A stretch of 64,000 nt of DNA from a virus (Duplodnaviria > Caudoviricetes), in IMG/VR virus record IMGVR_UViG_3300014501_000017, positions 323 through 64,322 of that record, one strand, 5' to 3'. Made by a program: the position numbers and the translations under genes. How positions within the stretch are numbered: the stretch's first letter is position 1; the number at the start of each line of letters is the position of its first letter. Positions 1 through 11,892 of the stretch are shown piece after piece. The notes under the pieces were generated by a model. That model searched no databases and was not told the DNA's origin. It saw only the letters and a program-made list of their open reading frames with translations.

Positions 1-1
1 G

Positions 2-1798
2 TCAGCCAACAGCAGTATAAACTTATTACCTCTTGACGTTCTTACCTATAAGAATTCCTTGATTGCATATATGCAAACACAGGATATCTTTAAAGGTTAT
101 AATTTCGAGGCACCAAACTGGAATGTTCTTCTAGATATTCTAGCCTACAACTCTTTCTTCATGGCATTCTATGGTAATATGATAGGGGCAGAAATGTTTT
201 TGGATTCTGCCCAACTTCATGATTCGGTTGTTTCTCATGCCAAAGAATTAAACTATCTTCCCCGTTCAAATAAATCATCTGTCGGTGAACTTACAATAGT
301 AATAAACACTGGCAACGCCAATGTTACATCAGCAGTCATTGCCCAATATACATCATTCAATGGAAGAATTGGAAGCAATGCCTATACCTTTTCAACAAAT
401 GCTGCAATAACTGGTCTATCTTCAAATAGTACAATAAATTTTTCTAATGTACAGATATATGAAGGTGAATTGGTAGTAGATGCTTATTTGGTTGATTATT
501 CTAACACTGCACAACGTTTTATTATTTCAAATGCCAATGTAGATACATCTGGTCTTTCTGTTATTATTTCAGAAGATAATGGAGCATCAAATATTGAGTA
601 TCTTCTTGCACCATCTCTATTTGGATTATCTGGAAATTCTCATGTTTATTTCCTACAGGCATCTGAAAATAATCAGTATGAATTAGTATTTGGAGATAAT
701 GTTACTGGCCGTAGACCAAAAGATAATTCAATTGTTTATGCAACATATCGTGATTCATCTGGATCACTACCAAATATGATTAGTAATATTGTACCAAATG
801 GTTTGGTTGGTGGTTATTCAAATGTAACTATAACTCTAAATGGTCCAACATCAGATGGTGCCTTTGCTGAATCAATAAGTTCTATTAAATTTAATGCTCC
901 ACGAGCATTCAATGCCCAAGAACGTTGTGTTACGACAGAAGATTATGAAACACTATTACCAATTGAATTTCCTGAAATTATTTCGATTGCTGCATTCGGT
1001 GGAGAAAATGCAACGCCACCTCAATATGGAACTATCTTCATTTCAGTTGTAATCAATGGGATAAATGGACTACCAGCAGGAAAAATAACTGATTATACTA
1101 ATTATTTAAATAGTCTTAATACTGTTACAATTGTACCACAATTTATTGCCCCTATATTCCTATATGTTGCATGTGATACCAATATCAAATATGACATTGG
1201 ACAAACTACAGCAGACCCAGGAACAATAGCCACAGAAGTTTCGAATACAATTATGTCATTTGCCAACACTAATTTGAACGATTTCAAATCAACTCTATAC
1301 TATAGCCAATTGGTATCAGCAATATCTAATTCAGATTCAAGTATTGTAAGTAATGAAACAGAATTACTTTTGATTAATTACATATATCCAATCGCTGGAA
1401 TATCAAACAACTATCCTGTATCATTCTATCAGCCATTAGTATCAACACTTGCACCTCTAGGATTAGCATATCCTGCAACTACAGAAACTTGCATAACTTC
1501 AACTATATTCTTATCAGAGGGAAAACAGGTACTTATTGAAGATGATGGAGCAGGAAATTTGAGATTAGTAAGTATTCCAACAACAACTGCAAATCAAGAA
1601 CATTCTGTAATTAATATTATAGGTACTGTTAATTATGCAACTGGTATTGCTCAAATAAACAATCTTTTAGCCGATACATCAGCTACAATTAAGCTATATG
1701 CACAGGCTGCACAACAGGATTTGCAGTCAAACAATAACGTTGTACTAAGTATCCTTCCAGCAGATGTAACTATTACCGTAGAACAGATAAGTCAATAA
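2..1798 (+). CDS. gp6: Baseplate wedge subunit gp6 (5'-partial; start just outside window)
   Basis: Motifs LLDILAYN, EMFLDSAQL..SVVSHAKELNY.PRS, FGD...G, ESISSIKFNAP..FNAQERCVT.EDY. Frame is open from base 2 (SANSSINLL...); base 1 is probably the G of ATG. Confidence 0.93.
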   Translation, partial: SANSSINLLPLDVLTYKNSLIAYMQTQDIFKGYNFEAPNWNVLLDILAYNSFFMAFYGNMIGAEMFLDSAQLHDSVVSHAKELNYLPRSNKSSVGELTIVINTGNANVTSAVIAQYTSFNGRIGSNAYTFSTNAAITGLSSNSTINFSNVQIYEGELVVDAYLVDYSNTAQRFIISNANVDTSGLSVIISEDNGASNIEYLLAPSLFGLSGNSHVYFLQASENNQYELVFGDNVTGRRPKDNSIVYATYRDSSGSLPNMISNIVPNGLVGGYSNVTITLNGPTSDGAFAESISSIKFNAPRAFNAQERCVTTEDYETLLPIEFPEIISIAAFGGENATPPQYGTIFISVVINGINGLPAGKITDYTNYLNSLNTVTIVPQFIAPIFLYVACDTNIKYDIGQTTADPGTIATEVSNTIMSFANTNLNDFKSTLYYSQLVSAISNSDSSIVSNETELLLINYIYPIAGISNNYPVSFYQPLVSTLAPLGLAYPATTETCITSTIFLSEGKQVLIEDDGAGNLRLVSIPTTTANQEHSVINIIGTVNYATGIAQINNLLADTSATIKLYAQAAQQDLQSNNNVVLSILPADVTITVEQISQ

Positions 1799-1799
1799 A

Positions 1800-4700
1800 A
1801 TGTTTGAAGTTTCGCAAAATACTATCTCTCTATTCGTTGAGGATCAGTTTCCAGAGTTTTATTCAATTCAGGGACCGAACTTCATCCAATTTATGGAGAA
1901 TTATTACCAGTGGTTAGAAACTACTGGAAATCCTGATTGGTTCTTTGAAAATGCAAGTAATTTAAGAGATATTGACAAGACTCTTCCTTCATACATCATC
2001 CATTTTAAAGAAAAATATCTTCATGATATTCAGTATGCTACAATAGCAAATCAAGTAACATTTATCAAGAATGCTCTAGATTTCTATCGTTCAAAAGGAA
2101 ATTTCCAATCAGTTGATTTATTCTTCCAATTAGTATACGGCGAAGACGCTGATATTTTCTATCCAAAAAATTATATGTTAAGAGTATCTGATGGACAGTG
2201 GGTAATTCCTACTTATCTTGAAGTATCCGACTCTCCACTTAACCTTTCATATATCAACAAACAAATAGCTGGTGTTCACTCAGGAGCAACTGCTTTCGTA
2301 GAACGTTTTGTTAAAAAGAAGATAGGAACCAAGACAGTAAATGTATTCTTTGTTTCTAACTTAGTTGGTAACTTTCAAACTGGAGAATTATTATCTGCCG
2401 GTGGAGTTATTCAAGATATTGCACCATATATGGTTGGTTCATTAACAACCTTGGATATCATAGAAAGTGATCCAGGATTCGAAATAGGTCAAGTAGTTAA
2501 TCTTATCGACCAATATAATGAAATCAATGGATCAGCTATTGTTTCTGATGTAACAACCCAAAGCGGATTAGTAAATTTTGATTTAATCAATGGTGGTTAT
2601 GGATTCAATACAAATTCAATCGTTTCTATTTCCGAGAATGTATTATTTTTAAGCAATGTAATGGTATCTAATACCGAATTAGAATTTCCATTTCTTTATT
2701 TTGAACAGGTATACCAGAAATCAACCAATACCACAGCTAATGTTATAGGACTAGCCGTTCCCAATAATATCAACTTAGCTATTGGTGAAGTTAACCCACT
2801 CGATTTTAATTGGGTTGTTGGTAATGAAATATATCAAGGAAACACATCTGGAATCATAACAACAGTTAGTTATGCAACTGTTAGTTCTGTTTATACTGCG
2901 TTTATACTTGCAACAAGTGTTACAGGTGGAATATTTGAAACAACTGAAGATATTTTTAGTAATAATGGTGCATATGGACTTCTAAACTCATTTAATATGA
3001 GTATTGGAGTTATCTCAATTTCTAATACCTTCTTGGCATCTAATTCATGGGCAAACAGCCTATTGGTTGGTCTAACATCAAATACTACTGCCGCAATTAA
3101 TTCAATTTCTCAAGGAACTGGAGCATCATTCTCTATTGGATTAATTGATAATCTTGAAAACTTTACCATTTCAGCAGATTTTTTGAATGGTTATGATGTA
3201 GCTAATATTCCTTATTTGGACGTTCAATTGGATGGAGCAAATTCAGGAATGTTCATTAACTCTTATGGATTTGTAAGAAATCCATTAGCTAACCTTTCTT
3301 CTCTATTGATTGAGACTTTTGGTGGAGTAACAATCACCGACAATATTGGAACAATAGAGACAATAACTAATATCAACCCAGGATCTGGATATAATACACC
3401 TCCATTCGTTTTGATATATGACCCATTGACTTCACAGGCCCAGTTACATGATTATATCATTGATATTAATACTCTTACATTAAATTTCATTCCAAATGAA
3501 ATAGTAACACAGGGAGTAGTTATATCAAATAGTACTACAATAGTAGTATCCGGTGCCCAAGCAACTATTGGGAACTTTGCCATAGTTAATCGTGGAACAG
3601 GATATACAAACGGAGATTTAGCAACTGCTGCTTCATTAGGAGTAAACGGAGTAGCTAATATAACAACATTTTCAAATGGAACTATTGATTATCTATTACC
3701 AGTAAACTATGGAACTGATTTTACTCCAAGTAGTAACAATATAACAGCACTTTCAAATGCAACTGGTGGTACATCTACAGGAAGCGGAGCAAATGTAATT
3801 GCAGTAGGAGCAACATTCCTATTAGGTGATTTTGTTTATGAATCAAATGGAACAGCAAATATAGCTACAGGAACAGTTCAAGCTACTGATTTGGTACTTG
3901 GTAATGGTATTCTATATGTTAATAATGTAACTGGTGTATTTACTACTGCCTTTGGAATTGCAGCATTTGCCTCAAATACTACTGCAACCATTTCTTCTGT
4001 TAATACTTCAGACTTTACTGTAAGTGCAAGAGGATATATCAAACCAACTTCTAATACTAGTGTATTATATGTTGGAAGATTATCTTATGATACTTCTTTT
4101 GTATCAGATGAACCAATAATTGGTTCTGTTTCTGCCGCCACAGCTAATGTGGTTACAGTTGTTAGTGATCCTACATCAAATATCGTCGGATGGAATGCAA
4201 CTGTTGCTGATTTAGTTGCAACTGGAACTGGAATAGTAACAGAATTGCTTGTAACATCTTCTGGATTTGGATATTCAAATGGAGATACTATTACTTTTGA
4301 GCCTGCTGATAGTTCATTAAATGGAACAGCAACTGTAATTCTTGGCCGTCAAGGAACTGGTGGTGGATACTATCAAGGAACCGGTGGATTCTTAGATAAT
4401 GATCAGGTTATTCAAGATAGTTATTACTGGCAGACATTCTCTTATGAAGTAAGAACAAGTGTTCCATTTGATACATATGAAGATATTTTTACAAGAGTAA
4501 TTCATCCAGCAGGAACTAAGTTATTTGGTGGAGTTTATTTAATTTCAAATTCTGCCTTGGATATAATAGCTGAACCACTTGATACTATCTACTCAATGTA
4601 TGTAACCAGTAATGGAAATGTAGAAGAGTTCTTTCATCCAGGAGATATTATAACTCAAGGTGATGCTAATGGTACAGTAGATGATACTCATGCAGTAATC

Positions 4701-5819
4701 AATATTCAAATATTAAGTGAAAGTAATTATCTAGGCGATGAAACTGTTGATATTCTAGTGACAGAAGCAAATGTTATGTTGCTTGATGAACAACAGCCAC
4801 CAGATGCTAATGCAGCTATTGAACCATTTATTAATACTGAAGTTATTCAATATTTTCCAAATACACTATTTGTTGTTGCAATGGGAACCATAACTGCTGC
4901 TGTTGTAAATGGCGCATCAGAAACAATGTATATAAGTAATACTCAAGGAATTTTCTTAAGTACTATAGACTCACAGGCAGCAAATATCAATGTTATTACT
5001 TCATTGAATCTTAGTTATGAATTATTGCAACAGTTTTCTTTGATTACTGTTATAAATCCAGAAGAAACAACTGAGTCATTTGCTCTTGGAGAAACTGTTA
5101 CAGATTCAACTACAAGTTCAACCGCAGTTGTTCTATTTTCTAATGCGAGTGCCGTACAACTTGGTACTATTTCAGGGGCATTTAATACCGGTGATATTTT
5201 GATTGGGGCAACTTCAAATGCACGAGCAACTATAAGTAACACAGCTTTTAATACAGTTCAAACTTTTACTGCTAATACACCAGTATGGCAAGAAGTATTT
5301 GTAATAAATTTACAAAACATCACAGGAACATTCAATATTGGAGATACAGTTTATCAGTCTAGACAAAATTATAACTCACAAAATGCAGTAACTGAAAATA
5401 CTGTAGTTGGGTTTATCAGCAGTCTAAACACAGTTTCCATGTCAGTAATAAGTCCTCTTGGTTCATTTACTAATAGTTCATTAATTATTGATGCTAATAG
5501 TAGTGCTACCGCCATAATCAATGGAGTAAGAACAGCAAACATTGTTACAGCTAATGTATTGTTAGCAAATTCAAGTATCCTACAAGTTAATGATGTAAAG
5601 GGTGTATTTAATTTAAATCAGTTTATATATGGACCAAGTGTATTTGCTACTATTTCTGCCCAATCAACTATTATTACTTCATTACAGGTAAATACAGCCC
5701 TAAATACTATTGATTTTGCACTAAATGATGGATGGTTTGAAGCAAATAGCACCCAAGTAATGGATTCAAACTCAGGAGCAATAGCCAATATTATTGGGAT
5801 CGCAATATCTGGAGAATAA
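1800..5819 (+). CDS. gp7: Baseplate wedge protein gp7-like
   Basis: N-terminal QFPEFY...FIQFMENYYQWLE, FYRSKG..SV.LFFQLVYG; later IQDSYYWQTFSYEV...IHPAGTKLFG; lies between gp6 and gp8. Confidence 0.85.
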   Translation: MFEVSQNTISLFVEDQFPEFYSIQGPNFIQFMENYYQWLETTGNPDWFFENASNLRDIDKTLPSYIIHFKEKYLHDIQYATIANQVTFIKNALDFYRSKGNFQSVDLFFQLVYGEDADIFYPKNYMLRVSDGQWVIPTYLEVSDSPLNLSYINKQIAGVHSGATAFVERFVKKKIGTKTVNVFFVSNLVGNFQTGELLSAGGVIQDIAPYMVGSLTTLDIIESDPGFEIGQVVNLIDQYNEINGSAIVSDVTTQSGLVNFDLINGGYGFNTNSIVSISENVLFLSNVMVSNTELEFPFLYFEQVYQKSTNTTANVIGLAVPNNINLAIGEVNPLDFNWVVGNEIYQGNTSGIITTVSYATVSSVYTAFILATSVTGGIFETTEDIFSNNGAYGLLNSFNMSIGVISISNTFLASNSWANSLLVGLTSNTTAAINSISQGTGASFSIGLIDNLENFTISADFLNGYDVANIPYLDVQLDGANSGMFINSYGFVRNPLANLSSLLIETFGGVTITDNIGTIETITNINPGSGYNTPPFVLIYDPLTSQAQLHDYIIDINTLTLNFIPNEIVTQGVVISNSTTIVVSGAQATIGNFAIVNRGTGYTNGDLATAASLGVNGVANITTFSNGTIDYLLPVNYGTDFTPSSNNITALSNATGGTSTGSGANVIAVGATFLLGDFVYESNGTANIATGTVQATDLVLGNGILYVNNVTGVFTTAFGIAAFASNTTATISSVNTSDFTVSARGYIKPTSNTSVLYVGRLSYDTSFVSDEPIIGSVSAATANVVTVVSDPTSNIVGWNATVADLVATGTGIVTELLVTSSGFGYSNGDTITFEPADSSLNGTATVILGRQGTGGGYYQGTGGFLDNDQVIQDSYYWQTFSYEVRTSVPFDTYEDIFTRVIHPAGTKLFGGVYLISNSALDIIAEPLDTIYSMYVTSNGNVEEFFHPGDIITQGDANGTVDDTHAVINIQILSESNYLGDETVDILVTEANVMLLDEQQPPDANAAIEPFINTEVIQYFPNTLFVVAMGTITAAVVNGASETMYISNTQGIFLSTIDSQAANINVITSLNLSYELLQQFSLITVINPEETTESFALGETVTDSTTSSTAVVLFSNASAVQLGTISGAFNTGDILIGATSNARATISNTAFNTVQTFTANTPVWQEVFVINLQNITGTFNIGDTVYQSRQNYNSQNAVTENTVVGFISSLNTVSMSVISPLGSFTNSSLIIDANSSATAIINGVRTANIVTANVLLANSSILQVNDVKGVFNLNQFIYGPSVFATISAQSTIITSLQVNTALNTIDFALNDGWFEANSTQVMDSNSGAIANIIGIAISGE

Positions 5820-7883
5820 ATGTCAAGTACTGAATTAATAACAGAACGTCTAAGAGCATCAATTGTATTTGATACATATTCTGAAGTTGTTAATAATGAC
5901 ATTATTCTTTATGTATTTGGCTCAAGAAGCATTCCTTATGCTGCCAACGATACAGCTATAATTCAATCAACCGATTCTGAACATGATCTAGTTGTAGATG
6001 CTTATCAAAATATGCTTTTTGGTAAGATAGTTACTCCAACAGATATCGTACCGATGATTCCTCGATATGATTGGGTATCCAATACTGTTTATGCCATGTA
6101 TTCTGATACAGATATTAATTTATATACAGAAAATTTTTATGCTGTAGTAAATGCTACATCTCAATATGATGTATTCGAATGTATTTTCAATAACTATGGA
6201 GTTCAATCAACTTATCAACCAACTCTAAGTGATACTAGCCCAAGTGAACCTTACTATGAAACTGCTGATGGATATTTCTGGAAATATCTATATTCAATTC
6301 CTATTTTAAGTTTTACCCAATTTGCTACTTCAGAATTTATTCCTCTATTACCTAATATAGCAGTAGCCGACGCTGCTGTTGATGGGGCAATAGATGTTGT
6401 CCTTATTGCCAATAATCAATTTGGTCAATTAGAAGCTGGTTCAGGATATAACAATTATCTTGAAGGTCAATGGATTTCATCAGATATTCAGGTGGCAGGA
6501 AACTCTGTTCTTTATGGAGTATCAAATACAGCATCTAATGTAAATGGATTTTATTCAAGCTGTATGCTTTATATTAACGGTGGAACAGGCCAAGGACAAT
6601 TTGTCCAGATTACAGATTATAAAATAACAGCTAATATTAAACAAATAACTATAGCATCTCCTTTTGGTATCCTTCCAGATATTACATCAAGTTATCAGAT
6701 TTATCCATGGGTAGATATTGTTGGAGATCAGCATGTAACAGTTAATGCATATGCAAGAGCATTAATTAATACTTTTTCTTCAAATAGCATATATCAAATT
6801 GATGTTATTCAGCGTGGTGCAGGATATAGAAGTGGTAGTGCAACTGTATTAGCAGACCCATCTGTTACTGTATCAAATTCTGCTATATTAAATGTTATTA
6901 TCTCTCCACCAAATGGACATGGAGCAAATGTTTATATTGAGTTAGGAGCAACAAATCTTGGAATTGGTCTTACATTTGCAAATAATGAAAATAGTACAAT
7001 TTCAACTGGAAATGAATATAGAACAGTTGGTCTTCTTCAAAATCCTCTATTTGCCAATGTTCAACTTAATTTAAATACTTCAGCCGAAACTGCTGGAACT
7101 AATGGAATATTCATCATCGGTGAAACCATTGTAGAGTTTACTCCTATAATCCTATCTGGAACAGTTGATGTAACAGCAGGAGAGACTGTTGTAGTGGGAA
7201 CCGCTACAGACTTTGAAAATCAATTTGCTTTTAGCAATAACATCTATATTAATGGCGGAACAGTTGTATATGTAGGAACTGTTGCTTCAATAACAAATGC
7301 AACTTATCTAACACTATCTGCTAATTGTCCATTCTCAAATACAGTAGCTAATGTGGCCCTTGTAAATCTAGGGTCTAATGGAATAATAACTTCTGTAACA
7401 TCAAATACTATCAATATTACAAATGCATCTCCTACATTTGAAATAGGAAATACAATAATTGGTCTTTCATCATTTGCCACTGCTATTATAGCTGGATATA
7501 CCATCAATGATTTGAATAAAACTTTCAGCACATTTATTCAAACAAATAGATATATTGGTGATGTAACTAGTGGAATTTTTGTTGATAGTGAATGGGTATA
7601 TACAGGAAATATTACTCAGGCCAATGCCTCTTTCTATGCTCTATTTACTGCTGGTGATGAAGCCAACGGCCAGATTAGTATGTTAGTTTCAAATCAGGTA
7701 GGTTCATTTATTCCTAATACAGTTATCCAAGGAAACAGCAGCGGATCATTATTTAATATAATTTCAGCTTTTCCAGGAGACTTAGTTCCTGATAGTGGAG
7801 AGATTTTATATCTAGAAAACAACTTGGCAATTCCAAGATCAAACTCCCAATCTGAAATAGTTAAAATTATAATCGAGTTATAA
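5820..7883 (+). CDS. gp8: Baseplate wedge protein gp8-like
   Basis: IPRYDW..NTVY.MY, YDVFECIFNN, TADGYFWKYLYSI, ISPPNGHG, C-terminal SGEILYLEN..IPR..Q.E.VKIIIEL. Confidence 0.88.
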   Translation: MSSTELITERLRASIVFDTYSEVVNNDIILYVFGSRSIPYAANDTAIIQSTDSEHDLVVDAYQNMLFGKIVTPTDIVPMIPRYDWVSNTVYAMYSDTDINLYTENFYAVVNATSQYDVFECIFNNYGVQSTYQPTLSDTSPSEPYYETADGYFWKYLYSIPILSFTQFATSEFIPLLPNIAVADAAVDGAIDVVLIANNQFGQLEAGSGYNNYLEGQWISSDIQVAGNSVLYGVSNTASNVNGFYSSCMLYINGGTGQGQFVQITDYKITANIKQITIASPFGILPDITSSYQIYPWVDIVGDQHVTVNAYARALINTFSSNSIYQIDVIQRGAGYRSGSATVLADPSVTVSNSAILNVIISPPNGHGANVYIELGATNLGIGLTFANNENSTISTGNEYRTVGLLQNPLFANVQLNLNTSAETAGTNGIFIIGETIVEFTPIILSGTVDVTAGETVVVGTATDFENQFAFSNNIYINGGTVVYVGTVASITNATYLTLSANCPFSNTVANVALVNLGSNGIITSVTSNTINITNASPTFEIGNTIIGLSSFATAIIAGYTINDLNKTFSTFIQTNRYIGDVTSGIFVDSEWVYTGNITQANASFYALFTAGDEANGQISMLVSNQVGSFIPNTVIQGNSSGSLFNIISAFPGDLVPDSGEILYLENNLAIPRSNSQSEIVKIIIEL

Positions 7884-7914
7884 AAAATAGCTAAATATTG
7901 CTATAGGATAAAAG

Positions 7915-10900
7915 ATGCCCCTTCAAATAAATCTAGATACACCACCATATTTCGATGATTTTAGTCCTTCAAAGGATTACTATAAGATTCTTTTTAAACC
8001 TGCTGTAGCAGTACAGGCTCGTGAGTTAAATCAACTTCAGACAATGCTTCAGAACCAAATTGAACAGTTTGGTGATAACATCTATGTATCCGGAACAATT
8101 ATTCAGGGATGTAACTTCATATTTTATGATAACTATCCATATATCAAAATTAACGATAATGATGTAAATGGAAACAACATCAGCGTTGCTGAATTTGTTG
8201 GTCTTAATGTAGTAGACTCATCAAACTTGGTTGCCTTGATTGTTGATTCAGAAGCTGGTTTTCAATCACAAGACCCAAATCTAAATACTCTTTATTTAAA
8301 ATATATCAATTCTGGAATATCCGGAACTAATACAGCCTATACAACAGCAGAAACTCTTACTGTTTATAATGCAAATAACATTGTCGAATATGTAAAGGTT
8401 TCAAACGGTGGAAGTGAATTTGTAAACACCAACTTCGTTGTTTTTGCATCTGCTTTGGCTATTACCAATACCTCTGGTGGACTAACTTTCGCCAATGGTT
8501 CAAGTGGTTCAAATGTATTTAATATTGGTGACACAATCAATTATGTTGGAGTAGCAAATGTTCGTTCAACTATTGTATCAATCAATTCAACATCTAATTC
8601 AACTGCCTTAATATTAACAGTTGCTCCAGTATTAGCCGATTTAGAAGCAGCAAATTCAAACCCAATTAACTGGACATTTACTGTTAATACAAATCCTCAT
8701 GAATTAACAACCAATACAGCATTTACAATTGCAGCAGTAATTGGACAGGGTGCAGGAGCATCACTTGTTACTGATGGATTTGGAACAATAAAGAATATCA
8801 ATATAACAGCCGGTGGTTCTGGATATTATGTTCCACCATATGTTACTATTTCATCTACAGTCGGAGCAATTTCTGCTGCCAATTTGATTGCCCAGACATT
8901 CCTAACTCAATTTCAAATTGCCTCTGTATCTAATGCTATAGGAACAGGATATGCATTTGGTATTAGTAGTGGAGTAATATATCAAAAAGGATATTTTTCT
9001 CTAGTTAATGCTGAGACAATCATTGTTGACAAATATAGTAATACACCAGATCAATTAGTAGTAGGATTCAATACCCAAGAAGCAATCATCAATAGCAATC
9101 AAGACCCATCACTTCTTGATAATGCTGCTGGAACACCAAATTTTGCTGCTCCGGGAGCAGATAGATTAAAGTTAACACCAACATTGCAGGTACAAGCTGC
9201 AAATGTTGCTTCATCAAATGGATTATTCTTTCCAATTGTAGCATGGAATGGCGGACTTCCTTACAAACAAAATCAACAGACTCAATTTAATACTGTAGAA
9301 GCATTACTTGCTAATGATGTTTACAATACAGCAGGAAATTTCGTTCTTGATCCATTTTTAATTACAACAGAATCTGCACCAACTCTAACTGATGAATTAA
9401 CTCAATTTGAAGTATATGTTGATCCAGGCACAGCATTTATAGATGGTTATGAAGTTAACATTGTAACTCCATTTTCAGTAGTAAACGAAAAAGCAAATAC
9501 TACCCAGATATTGAATCCTGATAATATCAGTATCAATTATGGTAATTATGTCATAGTTAATAATCTTGGTGGAACATTCGAGTTTCAACAGGCTGCACAG
9601 GTATTTTTATATAATTCACCAAGTAATTATCTTTCAAATACAGAAGCATGGACAGCAACTCCTGCTCCAAATACTAGTGGGCTTGGTTATCTTGGAACAG
9701 CAAGAATTCGTTCAATAACATATAATAGCATAAACACCGGCGCAGGAGCGAACGGTGGACCTTTATATAGAATGTATTTGTTTGATATCAAAATGGCTAA
9801 TGGAGCAAATTTTGGAGAAGTTGGATCAATCTATGCAAATAATTCCGGAGCATTCACTGGTATTGCTGATGTAGTTCAGACAAATAATGTAACGATTCTT
9901 CAAGAAACAGGAAGCAATGATGCTATCATATTCCCTATTGGAACAATAGCTACTGAATCTGTATCAAATATTCAATATGCCTATCGTGCAACTTCTACAT
10001 TTCAAGCAAATACAACAGGAAATGTAGTAGCAACATCGGTAGCTGGAGAAGTATTTTTAAATAGTTCTGCCTTATACTTTGAAACAATCCTTGTTCCACA
10101 AGCAAATATTGTATTTGCAAATGCAACTGGAACAATTGCTGTTAATACTTCAACAGTAAATGTAGTTGGTACTACTACAACTTTTACAACAACATTTGCT
10201 GCTGGAGATTATGTAAGTGTAACAAATTCATCTGCATCAGAAGTTAAACTTATTACATCAATTGCAAATGATATTTTCCTAACATTTGATACACCTTGCG
10301 GAATGATAGATGCTTCAGCTAATATAGCCCTAGCTCTACCAGAAAGTATCCCAGTTAATATGTTATCTCATGGTCGTGCTATTAATTTTAATGGCAGTGG
10401 AAACACAATGACAATTAACCTTGGAAATACTCCAAGTGGAACTACAAACTGTTCATTGACCTATACTTCTGTTGTATTGAATGCAACACCTATTTCAAAA
10501 AGTGTAAGTCGTGGAGTAACCGTTACAATTGATTGTACTAACAATATAGCTAATAGTGTTGGACCTTGGTGTCTTGGTGTGCCGGATGTTATTAGATTAA
10601 ACTCAGTTATTATGAATTCTTCATATGCAGGAGTATCAAACTTAAATGTAACATCAAGTTTTAATGTTATTGGTGGACAAACAGAAGATTATGTTGATTT
10701 AGCTCAACTTACATTAACACAACAAGGTTCTAGTCTTTTATTACCGTTTGCTAATTTAACGGTAACATTTGATTGTCTAGTTAAAAACCAAGATGGTGTT
10801 TCTGTAATAACAAGTTATCCAATAAATGATGGACTAGCTTTTGGTAGCTCTCCAGCAACTATAAACACACTTGAAATTCCTGAATTATATGGAGATACAG

Positions 10901-11877
10901 GAACATATTATGATTTAAGAGATTGTATCGATTTCAGACCTATTGTTCTACCAACAGCAAATATTCTTGCAACAACTGTAAATCCTGCTGTTGCAAACGA
11001 TGTTACAAAATTTGGTAACACATTATCTACATCAAATAACAAGAGATTCCCACATCCTATATCAGTTGCAAATCTATCTTCAACCTATTATCTTGGAAGA
11101 GTAGACCTTGTTGTAATGAATGGAAATGGAGTATGTACTGTTATAAATGGAAGACCTGATGTTGCAGGAAAAGTAGCACAACCTACTGCTCCTGTAAATA
11201 CTCTTATTCTAAATGGATTGGATGTTCCTCCATATCCTTCACTACCTTTGTCTTTGTCCGCAAATGTTATACAGTTTTCGGACACATCAGTTGTTAATGG
11301 AAAGATTGCTGGAACAAGAAAAGATAATTTCACTATAACAATTGCATCTTCTGCAACCGGAACTCCTGCTCTACAGCCTCAAGGATATACAATGCAGGAA
11401 ATTGGTGAATTAGAACAAAGAATCCAAAATTTGGAACAAGTTGTTCTACTTCAGATGTTGAATAATACTGCAAATAATCAAGGAACTACTCAGTTTGGAT
11501 TTATTGCTGATAATTTCTCTACAACTGATTATTTAAATATGGCCGATCCTGAATGGAATGCCTCTGTTATAAATGGAGAACTAGTTCCATTCGCAGCACA
11601 GTTTAATCTACCAATGATTTTTGCATCTGCAAACGGATATGCAACTCTTCCATATATTGCATACCCATTAGTTCAACAATTAAATGCAACAGGAAATGCT
11701 GCAATTTCTCCAACTCCTGTCATCTATCATGGTATTATGGAAGTAAAACCAACTCATTATAAAATAATTGGTACATTTTCAGCAAATAATAATACTCAGA
11801 CAAGTAAGAATACTTCAAAAACTGGCGGAAGAATGTCAAATACATCAGTTGGTACTTATCTGCCCTCTTCTTCTTAA
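7915..11877 (+). CDS. VrlC/DUF4815-like large virion structural protein, N-terminal part
   Basis: PYFDDF...KDYYKILFKP..AVQARELNQLQTMLQNQIEQFG, NFAAPGADRLK, DLRDCIDFRP, GYTMQEIGELEQRIQNLE; typical of the protein that follows gp8 in environmental T4-like phages. Confidence 0.8.
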   Translation: MPLQINLDTPPYFDDFSPSKDYYKILFKPAVAVQARELNQLQTMLQNQIEQFGDNIYVSGTIIQGCNFIFYDNYPYIKINDNDVNGNNISVAEFVGLNVVDSSNLVALIVDSEAGFQSQDPNLNTLYLKYINSGISGTNTAYTTAETLTVYNANNIVEYVKVSNGGSEFVNTNFVVFASALAITNTSGGLTFANGSSGSNVFNIGDTINYVGVANVRSTIVSINSTSNSTALILTVAPVLADLEAANSNPINWTFTVNTNPHELTTNTAFTIAAVIGQGAGASLVTDGFGTIKNINITAGGSGYYVPPYVTISSTVGAISAANLIAQTFLTQFQIASVSNAIGTGYAFGISSGVIYQKGYFSLVNAETIIVDKYSNTPDQLVVGFNTQEAIINSNQDPSLLDNAAGTPNFAAPGADRLKLTPTLQVQAANVASSNGLFFPIVAWNGGLPYKQNQQTQFNTVEALLANDVYNTAGNFVLDPFLITTESAPTLTDELTQFEVYVDPGTAFIDGYEVNIVTPFSVVNEKANTTQILNPDNISINYGNYVIVNNLGGTFEFQQAAQVFLYNSPSNYLSNTEAWTATPAPNTSGLGYLGTARIRSITYNSINTGAGANGGPLYRMYLFDIKMANGANFGEVGSIYANNSGAFTGIADVVQTNNVTILQETGSNDAIIFPIGTIATESVSNIQYAYRATSTFQANTTGNVVATSVAGEVFLNSSALYFETILVPQANIVFANATGTIAVNTSTVNVVGTTTTFTTTFAAGDYVSVTNSSASEVKLITSIANDIFLTFDTPCGMIDASANIALALPESIPVNMLSHGRAINFNGSGNTMTINLGNTPSGTTNCSLTYTSVVLNATPISKSVSRGVTVTIDCTNNIANSVGPWCLGVPDVIRLNSVIMNSSYAGVSNLNVTSSFNVIGGQTEDYVDLAQLTLTQQGSSLLLPFANLTVTFDCLVKNQDGVSVITSYPINDGLAFGSSPATINTLEIPELYGDTGTYYDLRDCIDFRPIVLPTANILATTVNPAVANDVTKFGNTLSTSNNKRFPHPISVANLSSTYYLGRVDLVVMNGNGVCTVINGRPDVAGKVAQPTAPVNTLILNGLDVPPYPSLPLSLSANVIQFSDTSVVNGKIAGTRKDNFTITIASSATGTPALQPQGYTMQEIGELEQRIQNLEQVVLLQMLNNTANNQGTTQFGFIADNFSTTDYLNMADPEWNASVINGELVPFAAQFNLPMIFASANGYATLPYIAYPLVQQLNATGNAAISPTPVIYHGIMEVKPTHYKIIGTFSANNNTQTSKNTSKTGGRMSNTSVGTYLPSSS

Positions 11878-11892
11878 TCAATAAATAGATAT